Assembly (NCBI RefSeq): GCF_000020025.1
Contig: NC_010628.1
Coordinates: 7,770,001 to 7,802,000 of the forward strand
Direction: 5' to 3'
Source: Nostoc punctiforme PCC 73102
GTDB taxonomy: Bacteria; Cyanobacteriota; Cyanobacteriia; Cyanobacteriales; Nostocaceae
Length of the DNA: 32,000 bases
Program-made: the position numbers and the translations under genes
Shown: positions 7,914-16,968 of the stretch, piece by piece
Position numbering within the stretch: position 1 is the stretch's first letter
Layout of the letters: every line of letters begins with the position of its first letter
Notes under the pieces: model-generated
What the model saw: only the letters and a program-made list of their open reading frames with translations
Told to the model about the DNA's origin: nothing
Database searches by the model: none

Positions 7914-8183
7914 GTGGGCTATTCGCTTCTAATTTCTATGCCTCTAAATCACAATAGCAATTCCCGAAGATTCCCCAATATTAAAACTACAATTCTTTAC
8001 TTCTTCACCTTCATGACTGTTTTAGTAATAGCTTTTCCCTGGCTATATGAGGTTAAAACTAAAGCTGGGATCAACATATCACATAGCCGCCACGCAGGAA
8101 CCTTTTTTGAGAAACATACCTTCGGACTCTTCAGGTGTGAGTGGCTTTATCCCTACCATTGCGATCGCTCCCAGGCTAGGTAA
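7914..8183 (+). CDS. Hypothetical small protein with one hydrophobic segment
   Basis: An ORF only, with a GTG start and no recognisable motif. A palindromic terminator follows it. Confidence 0.3.
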   Translation: MGYSLLISMPLNHNSNSRRFPNIKTTILYFFTFMTVLVIAFPWLYEVKTKAGINISHSRHAGTFFEKHTFGLFRCEWLYPYHCDRSQAR

Positions 8184-8195
8184 AGGAAATTAAAA

Positions 8196-8223
8196 AGAGA
8201 AGGGGAAAATTTTCCCCTTCTCT
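8196..8223. terminator. Perfect 28-bp palindrome (AGAGAAGGGGAAAA/TTTTCCCCTTCTCT) between convergent genes
   Basis: The inverted repeat is exact. It lies between the ORF ending at 8183 and the GH57 stop at 8256, so it may act as a bidirectional terminator. Confidence 0.6.
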
Positions 8224-8255
8224 CTGTGTGAGATTTTTACCGTGCGTCCCTACAT

Positions 8256-10997
8256 TTATCCCAACTGATTGGAGATCGCACTAACATCAACGGCTAACTT
8301 CTTGCCCAACTTGAGCAACTGAAGACACTGATTATCTCCTTCATTTCCAAGGCTAGTAATACACACCGGCGCTATTTGACTGTGCAGACAACTAAAGTAT
8401 AGTTCCTGCGATCGCTGTAGGGAAATGTCAATATTTAGTTGATCCCCGACATCAATCAATCGCTCCAATAGTTGGATATCTGCATTAAAGCTACCATTGG
8501 CATCATGCAATAATTGCCAGAGCGATCGCGCAATTAACTGTTCTAACATCTGCTTACCGTCAGGAATATTCAGCCGACAACGCAGATGTTTTGCTTCAGT
8601 AGCGATCGCTTCCAATTCTAAGATGTGACTCCAACTCTTTTGGGAATCAGCGATATCTTGCTCAAGCGATCGCAATGTCATTAGACAGCGATGCCCTAAA
8701 GCAATATCTGCTGCCACCTGCAATTCTTGTGGTACTGCGATTTCATCTCGATGAAACGCCATCAGCACCCCATAATTATCACGGTAGGCTTGGGTATACA
8801 ACTGTCCTAAGCGTGTCAGTGTTTCCTGACTAAGCAGCCGCATAATCCGGTGGCGTTCTTCAGCAAATAGATTTTGTAAGCTGAAAGCTTCTTCGCCAAA
8901 TAGCTGTGTCATCGCCAAGATAGTATGAGCCGCACTAGCTTGTTTTAGTGCCCCAAACAGCTTTTCTTTTAATTGGCTGTAGTCACGCCGCCCGGTAAAT
9001 TGTTGAATGCAGCAGTGGAAATCCCAGCCTCCCAAATGCAGAACCGCAAATACCAAATGCTCACTTTCCCAAGTGATTTCTGATACCAGCTTTAAATTTC
9101 CTACAGCCAGAGTTAGCGATCCCATCCGTTGCAGTTGGTAATCTAGCTCATTGGCAGCATAGCAATAAACTTTTTTGTGGTAACGCTGAGATTGTTTGTC
9201 AGCAACATCTTTTCTAGGCAAAGAATTGTGCGTCTGTGCTGGTTTCTGATTGGTAAATAGGGAAGTAATGGCGTAATGGGATGCTACTTGCTTAAAGCCA
9301 AGCTGGGCAGTTAACACGAGTTGCCGATAAATTTCTGCACCGTGTTTGAATTCATCGACATTACTGGGGGCTAAACCAAGACGTTTGACAAAGCCTTTTT
9401 CTAACTGTACGCCAGCCACTTCCCCAGCCAATTCCAAAGCACGGGCGGCATAGCGCAGAATTTGCGTTCCCTCTGGACGGGAAATTTCTTCAAAAAACCA
9501 ACCGCAACTAGTGAACATCAATAAAGCGTGACGCTGCATTTCTAACAAGCGCAAAGCGTCTACTTGTTCGGCTGCGGTTAGTTTGTGGGTTTGATGACGG
9601 GCGAGGAAACGGTTGACATTGGTAGCAGAGCGATCGCGCATCACTTGGATATATTCATCTCGTGTTTGCCAAGGATCGCGAAATAACTGCCTACCATGTT
9701 CCTCATAAACCTCAGTTAGCTGATCCCGCAGCCAATTGAGGGCATCCCGCAAGGGACGACGCCATTTTTGATGCCAAACACCGCCTTCCCCACCGCAACC
9801 ACAGTCATCTTCCCATCTGCCGACACCGTGGGCGCAACTCCAGGCTGTGACTGACTTCAATTCCACTTCCCAACTGGGAGAATTTAAGCTCAGATAGTGG
9901 GCGAAGTTTGTCACCGTCCAACCCTGTTGAGGAAACTCTTTAGTAAAGGCGTAGGCTAAAGTTTTCTCTGTTCCCTTCTTGTGATGTCCGAAGGTTTCCC
10001 CATCTGTCGCCACCGAGATTAACTGTGCCAGACGATGATCCCCACGCACTGCCGAACCGATACGTCCGGCAAAGTGACTGGAATTATAAACGACATCACT
10101 AAAACCCATGTCCCGCGATATCGGGCCATCGTAGAAGAAGATATCAATGTAGGGTAATTCTTCTGTACTACTATCGTTGGGGCTAGTGGCGAGCGCCTCC
10201 GGCGGGGCGTAGCCCAACGCACTCAGAGGTGAAGATGAAGTGTCGAGTGTCGGCTTCAAATAACAACGATAAGGACGGGTGGAATCAATCTGACTACCAC
10301 CGACTTCGATCCATTCAGGATGAGGATGATCTGGAGTAGGGAGGGGGCGGCAACGCAGTGCTTGAGACGGTGCAAGAACAATGAAGCGAATACCTTCAGC
10401 AACAAGGGCTTCTAGGGTGGCGTAGTCTACAGCAGTTTCCGCTAGCCACATCCCTTCGGGATCGCGTCCAAAGCGGGAGCGGAAGTCTTCTTTACCCCAG
10501 CGAATTTGGGTATGTTTGTCGCGCTCGTTCGCCAGAGGCATGATGATGTGATTGTATACTTGCGCGATCGCATTGCCGTGACCATGCAAGCGTTGGCTAC
10601 TCTTAGCATCCGCCTCTAAAATCCGCTGATAAACTTCCACATCGTAGCGTTCTAGCCACGACATCAGCGTCGGCCCGATATTAAAACTAAAATACTCATA
10701 ATTATTGACGATCCCCACCACTTCACCTTGGTCATTTAAGACTCTGGCAAAGGCATTCGGGCGATAACATTCCCAATGAATCCGCTCATTCCAATCGTGG
10801 AAAGGTGCAGCGCTCGGTTGGCGTTCAATTGCGTCCAGATAAGGGTTTTCCCTTGGTGGCTGGTAAAAATGACCATGCACCGTCACATAAACACCATTAG
10901 CCTTTCTCAGGGGATCGGTTTCTTTGGTGTTATTGGGATCTGAATGTAATGTTAACGTTGAGCCAGAGCTAGCTGGCATTTCAGCAGCAGAAGTCAT
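8256..10997 (-). CDS. Glycoside hydrolase family 57 protein (long cyanobacterial form with a C-terminal extension)
   Basis: A 913-aa ORF. The N-terminal signature YVTVHGHFYQPPRENPY and the later ...ATDGETFGHH... are typical of GH57. Confidence 0.8.
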   Translation of the reverse strand: MTSAAEMPASSGSTLTLHSDPNNTKETDPLRKANGVYVTVHGHFYQPPRENPYLDAIERQPSAAPFHDWNERIHWECYRPNAFARVLNDQGEVVGIVNNYEYFSFNIGPTLMSWLERYDVEVYQRILEADAKSSQRLHGHGNAIAQVYNHIIMPLANERDKHTQIRWGKEDFRSRFGRDPEGMWLAETAVDYATLEALVAEGIRFIVLAPSQALRCRPLPTPDHPHPEWIEVGGSQIDSTRPYRCYLKPTLDTSSSPLSALGYAPPEALATSPNDSSTEELPYIDIFFYDGPISRDMGFSDVVYNSSHFAGRIGSAVRGDHRLAQLISVATDGETFGHHKKGTEKTLAYAFTKEFPQQGWTVTNFAHYLSLNSPSWEVELKSVTAWSCAHGVGRWEDDCGCGGEGGVWHQKWRRPLRDALNWLRDQLTEVYEEHGRQLFRDPWQTRDEYIQVMRDRSATNVNRFLARHQTHKLTAAEQVDALRLLEMQRHALLMFTSCGWFFEEISRPEGTQILRYAARALELAGEVAGVQLEKGFVKRLGLAPSNVDEFKHGAEIYRQLVLTAQLGFKQVASHYAITSLFTNQKPAQTHNSLPRKDVADKQSQRYHKKVYCYAANELDYQLQRMGSLTLAVGNLKLVSEITWESEHLVFAVLHLGGWDFHCCIQQFTGRRDYSQLKEKLFGALKQASAAHTILAMTQLFGEEAFSLQNLFAEERHRIMRLLSQETLTRLGQLYTQAYRDNYGVLMAFHRDEIAVPQELQVAADIALGHRCLMTLRSLEQDIADSQKSWSHILELEAIATEAKHLRCRLNIPDGKQMLEQLIARSLWQLLHDANGSFNADIQLLERLIDVGDQLNIDISLQRSQELYFSCLHSQIAPVCITSLGNEGDNQCLQLLKLGKKLAVDVSAISNQLG
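10186..10222. repeat. GC-rich mini-element lying in frame inside the GH57 coding sequence (encodes ...SALGYAPPEALAT...)
   Basis: The sequence GTGGCGAGCGCCTCCGGCGGGGCGTAGCCCAACGCAC is compositionally unlike its surroundings. It shares CGCCTCCGGCGGG with 5737-5749 and GGCGTAGCCC with the 12625 element. Confidence 0.5.
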
Positions 10998-11523
10998 GTA
11001 TATTTATCCAAAACAAAAAACTTGCAGTTGCACCGAAATCATTGTGCATAAACCTTTCTCCAATGGTTTTTACACAAAATCCGGTATAAACAACAACTAT
11101 GGAATCTAACCAAATTTTTGACAAATCTTTCTCATTGTAGTGGGAAATCTGCGTTATCGCACAGCCCTTTCCCTGAAGGCTCAAATATAATTAGCCATTG
11201 AACAAAAACTCAGTTAGGGGTTTCCTCGTTAGCAGCGCCAATTAAAATTTTAATTGTCTTTTAATATATTAAACCCCATTCTTGGTGTAATATTTTGGCT
11301 CAAATTCATACTTTTGCAACAAAAGATTACAAGAACTCCTTAAATCGCAATCTTATTTTACATACGCTGTAGTGAACTGAAAACAGTACAATTTCTGAAT
11401 TGGTCTACAGGTGGTTGAGAGTATCCTATGGGAGTGATGAGTGAAAGTAATTTTTAATTCAACACTCCAATTTAAAATTTAGGATTGCTCGCTGTGAATG
11501 ATACCCTCAACCCAAAAGAACAA

Positions 11524-12615
11524 ATGTCAACCAAAAACATTATTCTTTTCGTTTTATTACTGTTTATCCCAGTTTCCCTAGTAGCCCACTTTCTGGAGTG
11601 GGGAGAATTAATAGTTTTCATTACAGCTGGATTAGCAATTCTGCCCTTAGCAGCTTGGATGGGTACAGCCACAGAAGAAATTGCTGTGGTAGTTGGGCCA
11701 TCATTGGGGGGCTTGTTAAACGCCACCTTTGGCAATGCTACAGAACTAATCATCGCCCTAGTAGCGCTGAACGCTGGGTTAATAGATGTCGTCAAAGCCA
11801 GTATCACGGGATCGATTATCAGCAACTTACTACTGGTAATGGGTTTTTCCATGCTTTTGGGAGGACTCCGCTACAAAGAACAAACATTTCAGCCAATTGT
11901 GGCGCGGGTGAATGCTGCTTCAATGAATTTGGCAGTGATTGCCATTTTGATGCCAACAGCGATGAACTATACCTCTCAAGGAATTAACGAACAAACACTG
12001 CAAAATCTTTCTATTGCTGTTGCTGTAGTATTAATCCTGGTTTATGCTCTAACGCTGCTATTTTCAATGAAAACCCACTCCTATTTATATGACGTGGGTG
12101 TAGCGGAGATAGAAGAAGAGGAAGCCCCTCATGCTAAACCAAATATGATGTTGTGGGTTAGTGTGCTATTAGTATGTACTTTACTAGTGGCACTTGAGTC
12201 AGAAATGTTGGTCGATTCTCTGGAAGTGGCCACATCTCAGCTAGGTTTGACGGCGCTGTTTACAGGGGTGATATTGGTTCCCATCGTCGGTAACGCAGCT
12301 GAACACGCCACAGCAGTCACCGTGGCGATGAAAGATAAGATGGATCTTTCCCTTTCTGTAGCTGTGGGATCGAGTATGCAGATTGCTCTATTTGTCGCGC
12401 CCGTGTTGGTAATAGCAGGGCGGGTATTGGGCCAACCAATGGATTTGGATTTTAAACCTTTTGAATTAGTTGCTGTAGTTGTGTCAGTGTTGATTGCCAA
12501 CAGTATTAGTTCTGATGGGAAGTCCAATTGGCTCGAAGGCACTTTATTATTAGCTGCTTATACAGTATTAGGCTTTGCCTTCTACTTCCATCCAGTTATG
12601 GAAAGTATGGGATAG
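11524..12615 (+). CDS. cax: Ca2+/H+ antiporter (CaCA family, CAX/ChaA type)
   Basis: A polytopic membrane protein with the two alpha-repeat signatures GNATELIIAL and GNAAEHATAV and an acidic central loop (EIEEEEAPH). The ATG at 11524 is preferred over the upstream TTG at 11485. Confidence 0.85.
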   Translation: MSTKNIILFVLLLFIPVSLVAHFLEWGELIVFITAGLAILPLAAWMGTATEEIAVVVGPSLGGLLNATFGNATELIIALVALNAGLIDVVKASITGSIISNLLLVMGFSMLLGGLRYKEQTFQPIVARVNAASMNLAVIAILMPTAMNYTSQGINEQTLQNLSIAVAVVLILVYALTLLFSMKTHSYLYDVGVAEIEEEEAPHAKPNMMLWVSVLLVCTLLVALESEMLVDSLEVATSQLGLTALFTGVILVPIVGNAAEHATAVTVAMKDKMDLSLSVAVGSSMQIALFVAPVLVIAGRVLGQPMDLDFKPFELVAVVVSVLIANSISSDGKSNWLEGTLLLAAYTVLGFAFYFHPVMESMG

Positions 12616-12624
12616 TTTAGCAGT

Positions 12625-12654
12625 GCGTAGGCGTAGCCCGTCGTAGGCATCGCA
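12625..12654. repeat. Small dispersed repeat, copy B (GCGTAGGCGTAGCCCGTCGTAGGCATCGCA)
   Basis: It is intergenic, 10 nt after the antiporter stop codon. It matches copy A at 3380-3409 at 27 of 30 positions. Confidence 0.8.
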
Positions 12655-12795
12655 CTTGATGATTTTAGATTCTTTTGTTTCATCGTTCCTCCACCTGGTT
12701 TTCCCTCTTCTGCGTGGCACAAATCCAAAATCTGTTAATTACACTCTTTTGCCTGGGACAGGAGAAAATAAGAACATATAAGAGCGATCGCCTGT

Positions 12796-13932
12796 ATGAG
12801 CTACTGCCTTAATCCCCATTGTCCCAAGCCTGAAAATCCTAATGATGTCAAGTTTTGCCGGACTTGCGGTTCTAAGTTACTCCTTAAAGAACGTTACCGT
12901 GCTATCAAACCAATCGGACAAGGTGGTTTTGGCAGAACCTTCTTAGCTGTGGATGAAGATAAACCTTCAAAACCACGCTGTGTAATTAAGCAATTTTATC
13001 CCCAATCCCAAGGCACTAACACTCTTGCAAAAGCCATAGAGTTATTTAACCAAGAAGCGGTGCAGTTAGATGAATTGGGTAAACATCCCCAAATTCCCGA
13101 ACTCCTGGCATATTTTACCCAAGAAGACCGCCAGTATCTTGTACAAGAATTTATTGACGGGCACAACTTAGCCCAGGAATTGGCACATAGAGGTGCTTTC
13201 AATGAAACGCAAATCCGGCAACTATTAAATGATTTATTGTCAGTTTTACAATTTTGTCATGCTAGACACGTAATTCACCGTGATATTAAGCCAGAAAATA
13301 TTATTTTACGTAGCGGCGATCGCAAACTAGTATTAGTAGATTTTGGTGCAGCTAAATCTGCCATTGGCAACGCCTTAAATCAAACTGGTACTAGTATTGG
13401 TAGCCCAGAATATGTTGCCCCTGAGCAAATGAGAGGTAGAGCTGTTTTTGCCAGCGATATTTACAGCTTGGGTGCTACCTGTATTAATTTATTAACTCAG
13501 CGATCGCCCTTCGATTCATACGATATCAACAACGACACTTGGGTTTGGCAGCAATATTTGAAAACTCCCATTAGTAATCAGTTGAGTCGCATTCTCAACA
13601 AGATGCTAGAAAGCATTCCCGTTCGGCGTTATCAAACAGTAGATGAAGTTCTCAAAGACTTAAATCAACATTCGCAAGTAGCAGCCACGCCAGCGATAAA
13701 GCCAAAGCCTATCCCTCAATCACCACCCAATTCTCCACCCGCTTTTGTATCGCCATCTCCTAGTCAAATCGATCTAGAATTAGAGGAAATGAAAACTCAA
13801 TTTTTGGGTGGCAACAAACCTCAACCAAATAAAATACAACCACCAATTTCCACATCTCAGCCGACGAGTAAAAACGAAATAGATCAAGAATTAGAAGAAT
13901 TAAAAGCCAAATATCTTGGTAATAATCCTTAA
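12796..13932 (+). CDS. Ser/Thr protein kinase with an N-terminal Cys4 zinc ribbon and a Pro-rich C-terminal tail
   Basis: The zinc ribbon is CLNPHCP...CRTCG. Kinase motifs are GQGGFGRT, VIKQ, HRDIKPEN, DFG and SPEYVAPE. Confidence 0.9.
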   Translation: MSYCLNPHCPKPENPNDVKFCRTCGSKLLLKERYRAIKPIGQGGFGRTFLAVDEDKPSKPRCVIKQFYPQSQGTNTLAKAIELFNQEAVQLDELGKHPQIPELLAYFTQEDRQYLVQEFIDGHNLAQELAHRGAFNETQIRQLLNDLLSVLQFCHARHVIHRDIKPENIILRSGDRKLVLVDFGAAKSAIGNALNQTGTSIGSPEYVAPEQMRGRAVFASDIYSLGATCINLLTQRSPFDSYDINNDTWVWQQYLKTPISNQLSRILNKMLESIPVRRYQTVDEVLKDLNQHSQVAATPAIKPKPIPQSPPNSPPAFVSPSPSQIDLELEEMKTQFLGGNKPQPNKIQPPISTSQPTSKNEIDQELEELKAKYLGNNP

Positions 13933-13968
13933 AATCAATAAACAGTAGAGAATTGCTATTATCTTTAT

Positions 13969-14002
13969 CTCTTCCTCTGCGTTCTTTGCGCCTCTGCGGT
14001 TC
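13969..14002 (-). repeat. Second copy, in inverted orientation, of the GAACCGCAGAGGCGCA... dispersed repeat
   Basis: The reverse complement reads GAACCGCAGAGGCGCAAAGAACGCAGAGGAAGAG. Compare it with 3918-3952. Confidence 0.7.
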
Positions 14003-14004
14003 TA

Positions 14005-14036
14005 GAAAAAAAGTGGCTCTGAAACTCAGAGCCACT
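14005..14036 (-). terminator. Rho-independent terminator downstream of gnd
   Basis: An 11-bp perfect stem (AGTGGCTCTGA / TCAGAGCCACT) with a 3-nt loop. It is followed on the minus strand by a run of 7 T. Confidence 0.75.
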
Positions 14037-14099
14037 ACTAAATCTGTATTTTGAAACTGACTAACCTTTCACAATATTCTGATACAGATGTGCAAAAGC

Positions 14100-15530
14100 T
14101 TACTTACCAGCTTCAGCAATAGGTACCCATTCAGTATGGAAACTTCCGGGCTTATCAAGACGCAGGTAGGTATGTGCGCCAAAGTAGTCGCGTTGTGCTT
14201 GAGTTAGATTTTGAGGCAAGCGATCGCGGCGATAGCTGTCAAAATAATCCAAGGAGGCGCTAAATGCGGGTACTGGAATTCCAACTGTTGCAGCTGTCGC
14301 AATCACTTCCCGCCAAGCAGTTTGTCTGTCAAGAATTGTTTGCTTAAATTCGGGAGCTAACAGCAAGTTAGGCAAAGCTGGATTTTCGCTAAAAGCCTTC
14401 TTAATCTTATTCAAAAAGCGAGCGCGAATAATACAACCACCTTTCCAAATCCGCGCCATCTCGCCCAGATCCAAATTCCAGTTATATGTTTTTGAAGCTG
14501 TGGATAGCAACGCCATCCCTTGAGCATAAGAACAGATTTTTGAGCAATAGAGAGCATCACGTACTTTATTGATAAAGTCTTTAGTTTGCCCGTCATACTT
14601 GCCACTGGGGCCAGTGAGGACTTTAGATGCTGCAACCCGCTCATCTTTAATCGAAGATATAATCCGGGCATTAACTGCTGCTGTAATTGTAGGAATAGCA
14701 ACTCCCAATTCCAATGCAGTTTGTACAGTCCAGCGTCCAGTTCCCTTTTGACCTGCTGCATCAACAATCAAATCCACCAGGGGTTTATTTGTTTCTGGGT
14801 CAATATATGGGAAGATATTCTTCGTAATTTCAATCAAAAATGAATCGAGTTCATCGGTGGTATTCCATTCAGCAAACACATCATGTAGCTGACTGGGGTT
14901 TAATCCAGCGACATTTTTCAGCAAGTCGTAGGCTTCAGCAATTAGCTGCATATCGCCATACTCAATGCCGTTGTGTACCATTTTGACATAGTGGCCAGAA
15001 CCACCAGGGCCAATGTAGGTTACACAAGGGCCATCATCGACTTGGGCAGCAATTTTGTTGAAAATTGGTGATAGAAACTCGTAAGAGCTTGTTGTACCTC
15101 CAGGCATCAGAGATGGGCCATTCAGCGCCCCTTCTTCACCACCACTGACACCCATACCAAGATACCGAAGCCCAGCGGGTTCTAATTCCTGAGTGCGTCG
15201 TTCCGTATCTTCAAACCAAGAGTTGCCACCGTCGATAATGATATCGCCTTCCTCTAACAAGGGTTTGAGTTGAGCAATCACCGCATCCACTGGCTTACCA
15301 GCTTGCACCATTACTAGAATTTTGCGGGGACGTTCCAATAAGGCAACGAATTCTTCTAGAGTAAAGGCGGCTTTGACGTTCCGTCCTGTAGCACGCTGCG
15401 CCATAAACGCATCCGTTTTTTCTCGGGAGCGGTTGTAAACTGCAATTGGGAAGCCATTGCGCTCTACGTTTAGAGCGATGTTCTCACCCATAACGGCTAA
15501 TCCAATCACACCAAAGCTTTGTAGTGTCAT
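14100..15530 (-). CDS. gnd: 6-phosphogluconate dehydrogenase (decarboxylating)
   Basis: A 476-aa ORF with the N-terminal GVIGLAVMGENIALN dinucleotide fold. Family-typical sequence runs throughout (GHYVKMVHNGIEYGDMQLIAEAY, RDYFGAHTY). Confidence 0.95.
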   Translation of the reverse strand: MTLQSFGVIGLAVMGENIALNVERNGFPIAVYNRSREKTDAFMAQRATGRNVKAAFTLEEFVALLERPRKILVMVQAGKPVDAVIAQLKPLLEEGDIIIDGGNSWFEDTERRTQELEPAGLRYLGMGVSGGEEGALNGPSLMPGGTTSSYEFLSPIFNKIAAQVDDGPCVTYIGPGGSGHYVKMVHNGIEYGDMQLIAEAYDLLKNVAGLNPSQLHDVFAEWNTTDELDSFLIEITKNIFPYIDPETNKPLVDLIVDAAGQKGTGRWTVQTALELGVAIPTITAAVNARIISSIKDERVAASKVLTGPSGKYDGQTKDFINKVRDALYCSKICSYAQGMALLSTASKTYNWNLDLGEMARIWKGGCIIRARFLNKIKKAFSENPALPNLLLAPEFKQTILDRQTAWREVIATAATVGIPVPAFSASLDYFDSYRRDRLPQNLTQAQRDYFGAHTYLRLDKPGSFHTEWVPIAEAGK

Positions 15531-15747
15531 AAAAAATTTCTGGCTAACTCTCTTGCAGATCCTTTTACTTTAAGGGTAGTCCGATATTTTCCGTTCTCCC
15601 CTAAAGAAGACCTTAAGAGTTGAATAAAGGGCAAAAATCCACAACTAACACGGCTAATTAATTTTAAATTGTATCTAAATCAACAATTGACTGACAAAAT
15701 TTGCAAAATTGAAATAGTCAAAGGACGCAGTAAGGAGTAACCAAATA

Positions 15748-16485
15748 ATGCTGGCATTTGTCCTAGCTTTGGTGGTCGGTATTGGTAGTTTAGCCATTTA
15801 CATAGCAGCTTTCTTTTTTCCAGAAATCCACCGCAAGAATGACTTTATATGGAGTGGTGTAGGACTATTCTATGCTTTAGTCTTATGGGTGTTTGCACCA
15901 CGCATTACTGGAGGTTTGTTGCTGGGTCATGTGGCTAGTGTGGCTCTTTTGGTCTGGTTTGGCTGGCAAACTCTATCATTACGTCGCCAATTGACCCCCC
16001 AGGCACAACAAACCCAAGTACCCAGTGCTGAGACAGTAAAAACTGGCATTCAGGAACAAGTAAATAAGTTCTCCCTTCAGGAACGGCTGGGCCAGTTGCA
16101 AAAAACTCTTGTTAGCACCTTCAGTGGCGCGAAAGATAAAGTGCAACAGACTGTAAGTAAAAAGACACCCACAACTCCTAAACCAGAAGACATTACCTCT
16201 GTACTAGCAGAGAAACCTACTGTTGAGATTATCGACAAAACTACTGCTATACCAGAGAAACCAGCAGAGGAGACAGTTACTACTGACACCGAAGCCAAAG
16301 CCGAGAGTGTACCGGAAGCGATTCCACCACATCCCCCATCTCTTGAATTGGTGGAAGCAGCGCAACCAGATTTTGAAATTGAGGATAAGCAACCGATTCC
16401 TGTAGAACAAATTGCGCCGGATGCGGTACTGGCTCCCCCGGCGGAAGCACCACCTGAAGAAATACCCCCTAATCAAGGTAGTTGA
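15748..16485 (+). CDS. Ycf66-like membrane protein with a long Pro/Glu/Thr-rich C-terminal tail
   Basis: The N-terminal ~80 aa has two or three hydrophobic helices ending in ...WFGWQTLSLRR, which resembles the Ycf66 N-domain (recognised from memory). The remainder is low-complexity. Confidence 0.45.
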   Translation: MLAFVLALVVGIGSLAIYIAAFFFPEIHRKNDFIWSGVGLFYALVLWVFAPRITGGLLLGHVASVALLVWFGWQTLSLRRQLTPQAQQTQVPSAETVKTGIQEQVNKFSLQERLGQLQKTLVSTFSGAKDKVQQTVSKKTPTTPKPEDITSVLAEKPTVEIIDKTTAIPEKPAEETVTTDTEAKAESVPEAIPPHPPSLELVEAAQPDFEIEDKQPIPVEQIAPDAVLAPPAEAPPEEIPPNQGS

Positions 16486-16489
16486 ATGC

Positions 16490-16531
16490 AGTGAAACCCA
16501 ACGTTAACCTAATATAATGTTGGGTTTCACT
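16490..16531 (+). terminator. Stem-loop immediately after the Ycf66-like gene
   Basis: A 13-bp perfect stem (AGTGAAACCCAAC / GTTGGGTTTCACT) with a 16-nt loop. The U tract after it is weak. Confidence 0.5.
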
Positions 16532-16920
16532 ATTTCCATCAGCAAGTTCTGGGTTTACCTCAGTAAATGCGAATGTAACTTTATCAACCATGTGTTGCTG
16601 CTTTTTTTTCTGCTAATGCCTTCGCTAAAACAGCAGCAGCTTCAAAATAATTATATAAGCGAAGACTTTAATAAAAAATTTAGATAAGTTTTAGAGCATA
16701 GTTTGGGGAATGCTCGCGATCGCAGTACCATCAAAATATATAAAAGCATATAGAGATTGCAATATCAGAAAAAGCCTCGCCTTCTATGCTATGAGCGATC
16801 GCACCTTTGAAAGTACAATTAGGGCTATTTTGGGCTTTATCTAACAAGATTCCTAGCTTCTGCAAAGAAGCCAGGAATCTAAGCTTTTCAGAACGGAAGG
16901 CGATCGCACTACCATTAGAC

Positions 16921-16951
16921 GAAAAAACGTTAATTTATAGTCTATTAACGT
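16921..16951 (-). terminator. Rho-independent terminator downstream of the GHL10 gene
   Basis: An 8-bp stem (ACGTTAAT / ATTAACGT) followed on the minus strand by TTTTTT. It starts 18 nt after the stop codon. Confidence 0.6.
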
Positions 16952-16968
16952 AATCTTCAACAGAAAAG

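Noticed and set aside
13760-14035. Minus-strand 91-aa ORF
   Set aside because: It overlaps the kinase 3' end, the dispersed repeat and the gnd terminator. The Arg/Lys-rich peptide derives from the repeat.
15660-15700. NtcA-like site (GTATCTAAATCAAC) upstream of the Ycf66-like gene and gnd
   Set aside because: It matches only GTA-N8-AAC rather than GTA-N8-TAC, and there is no properly spaced -10 box. This is not enough evidence.
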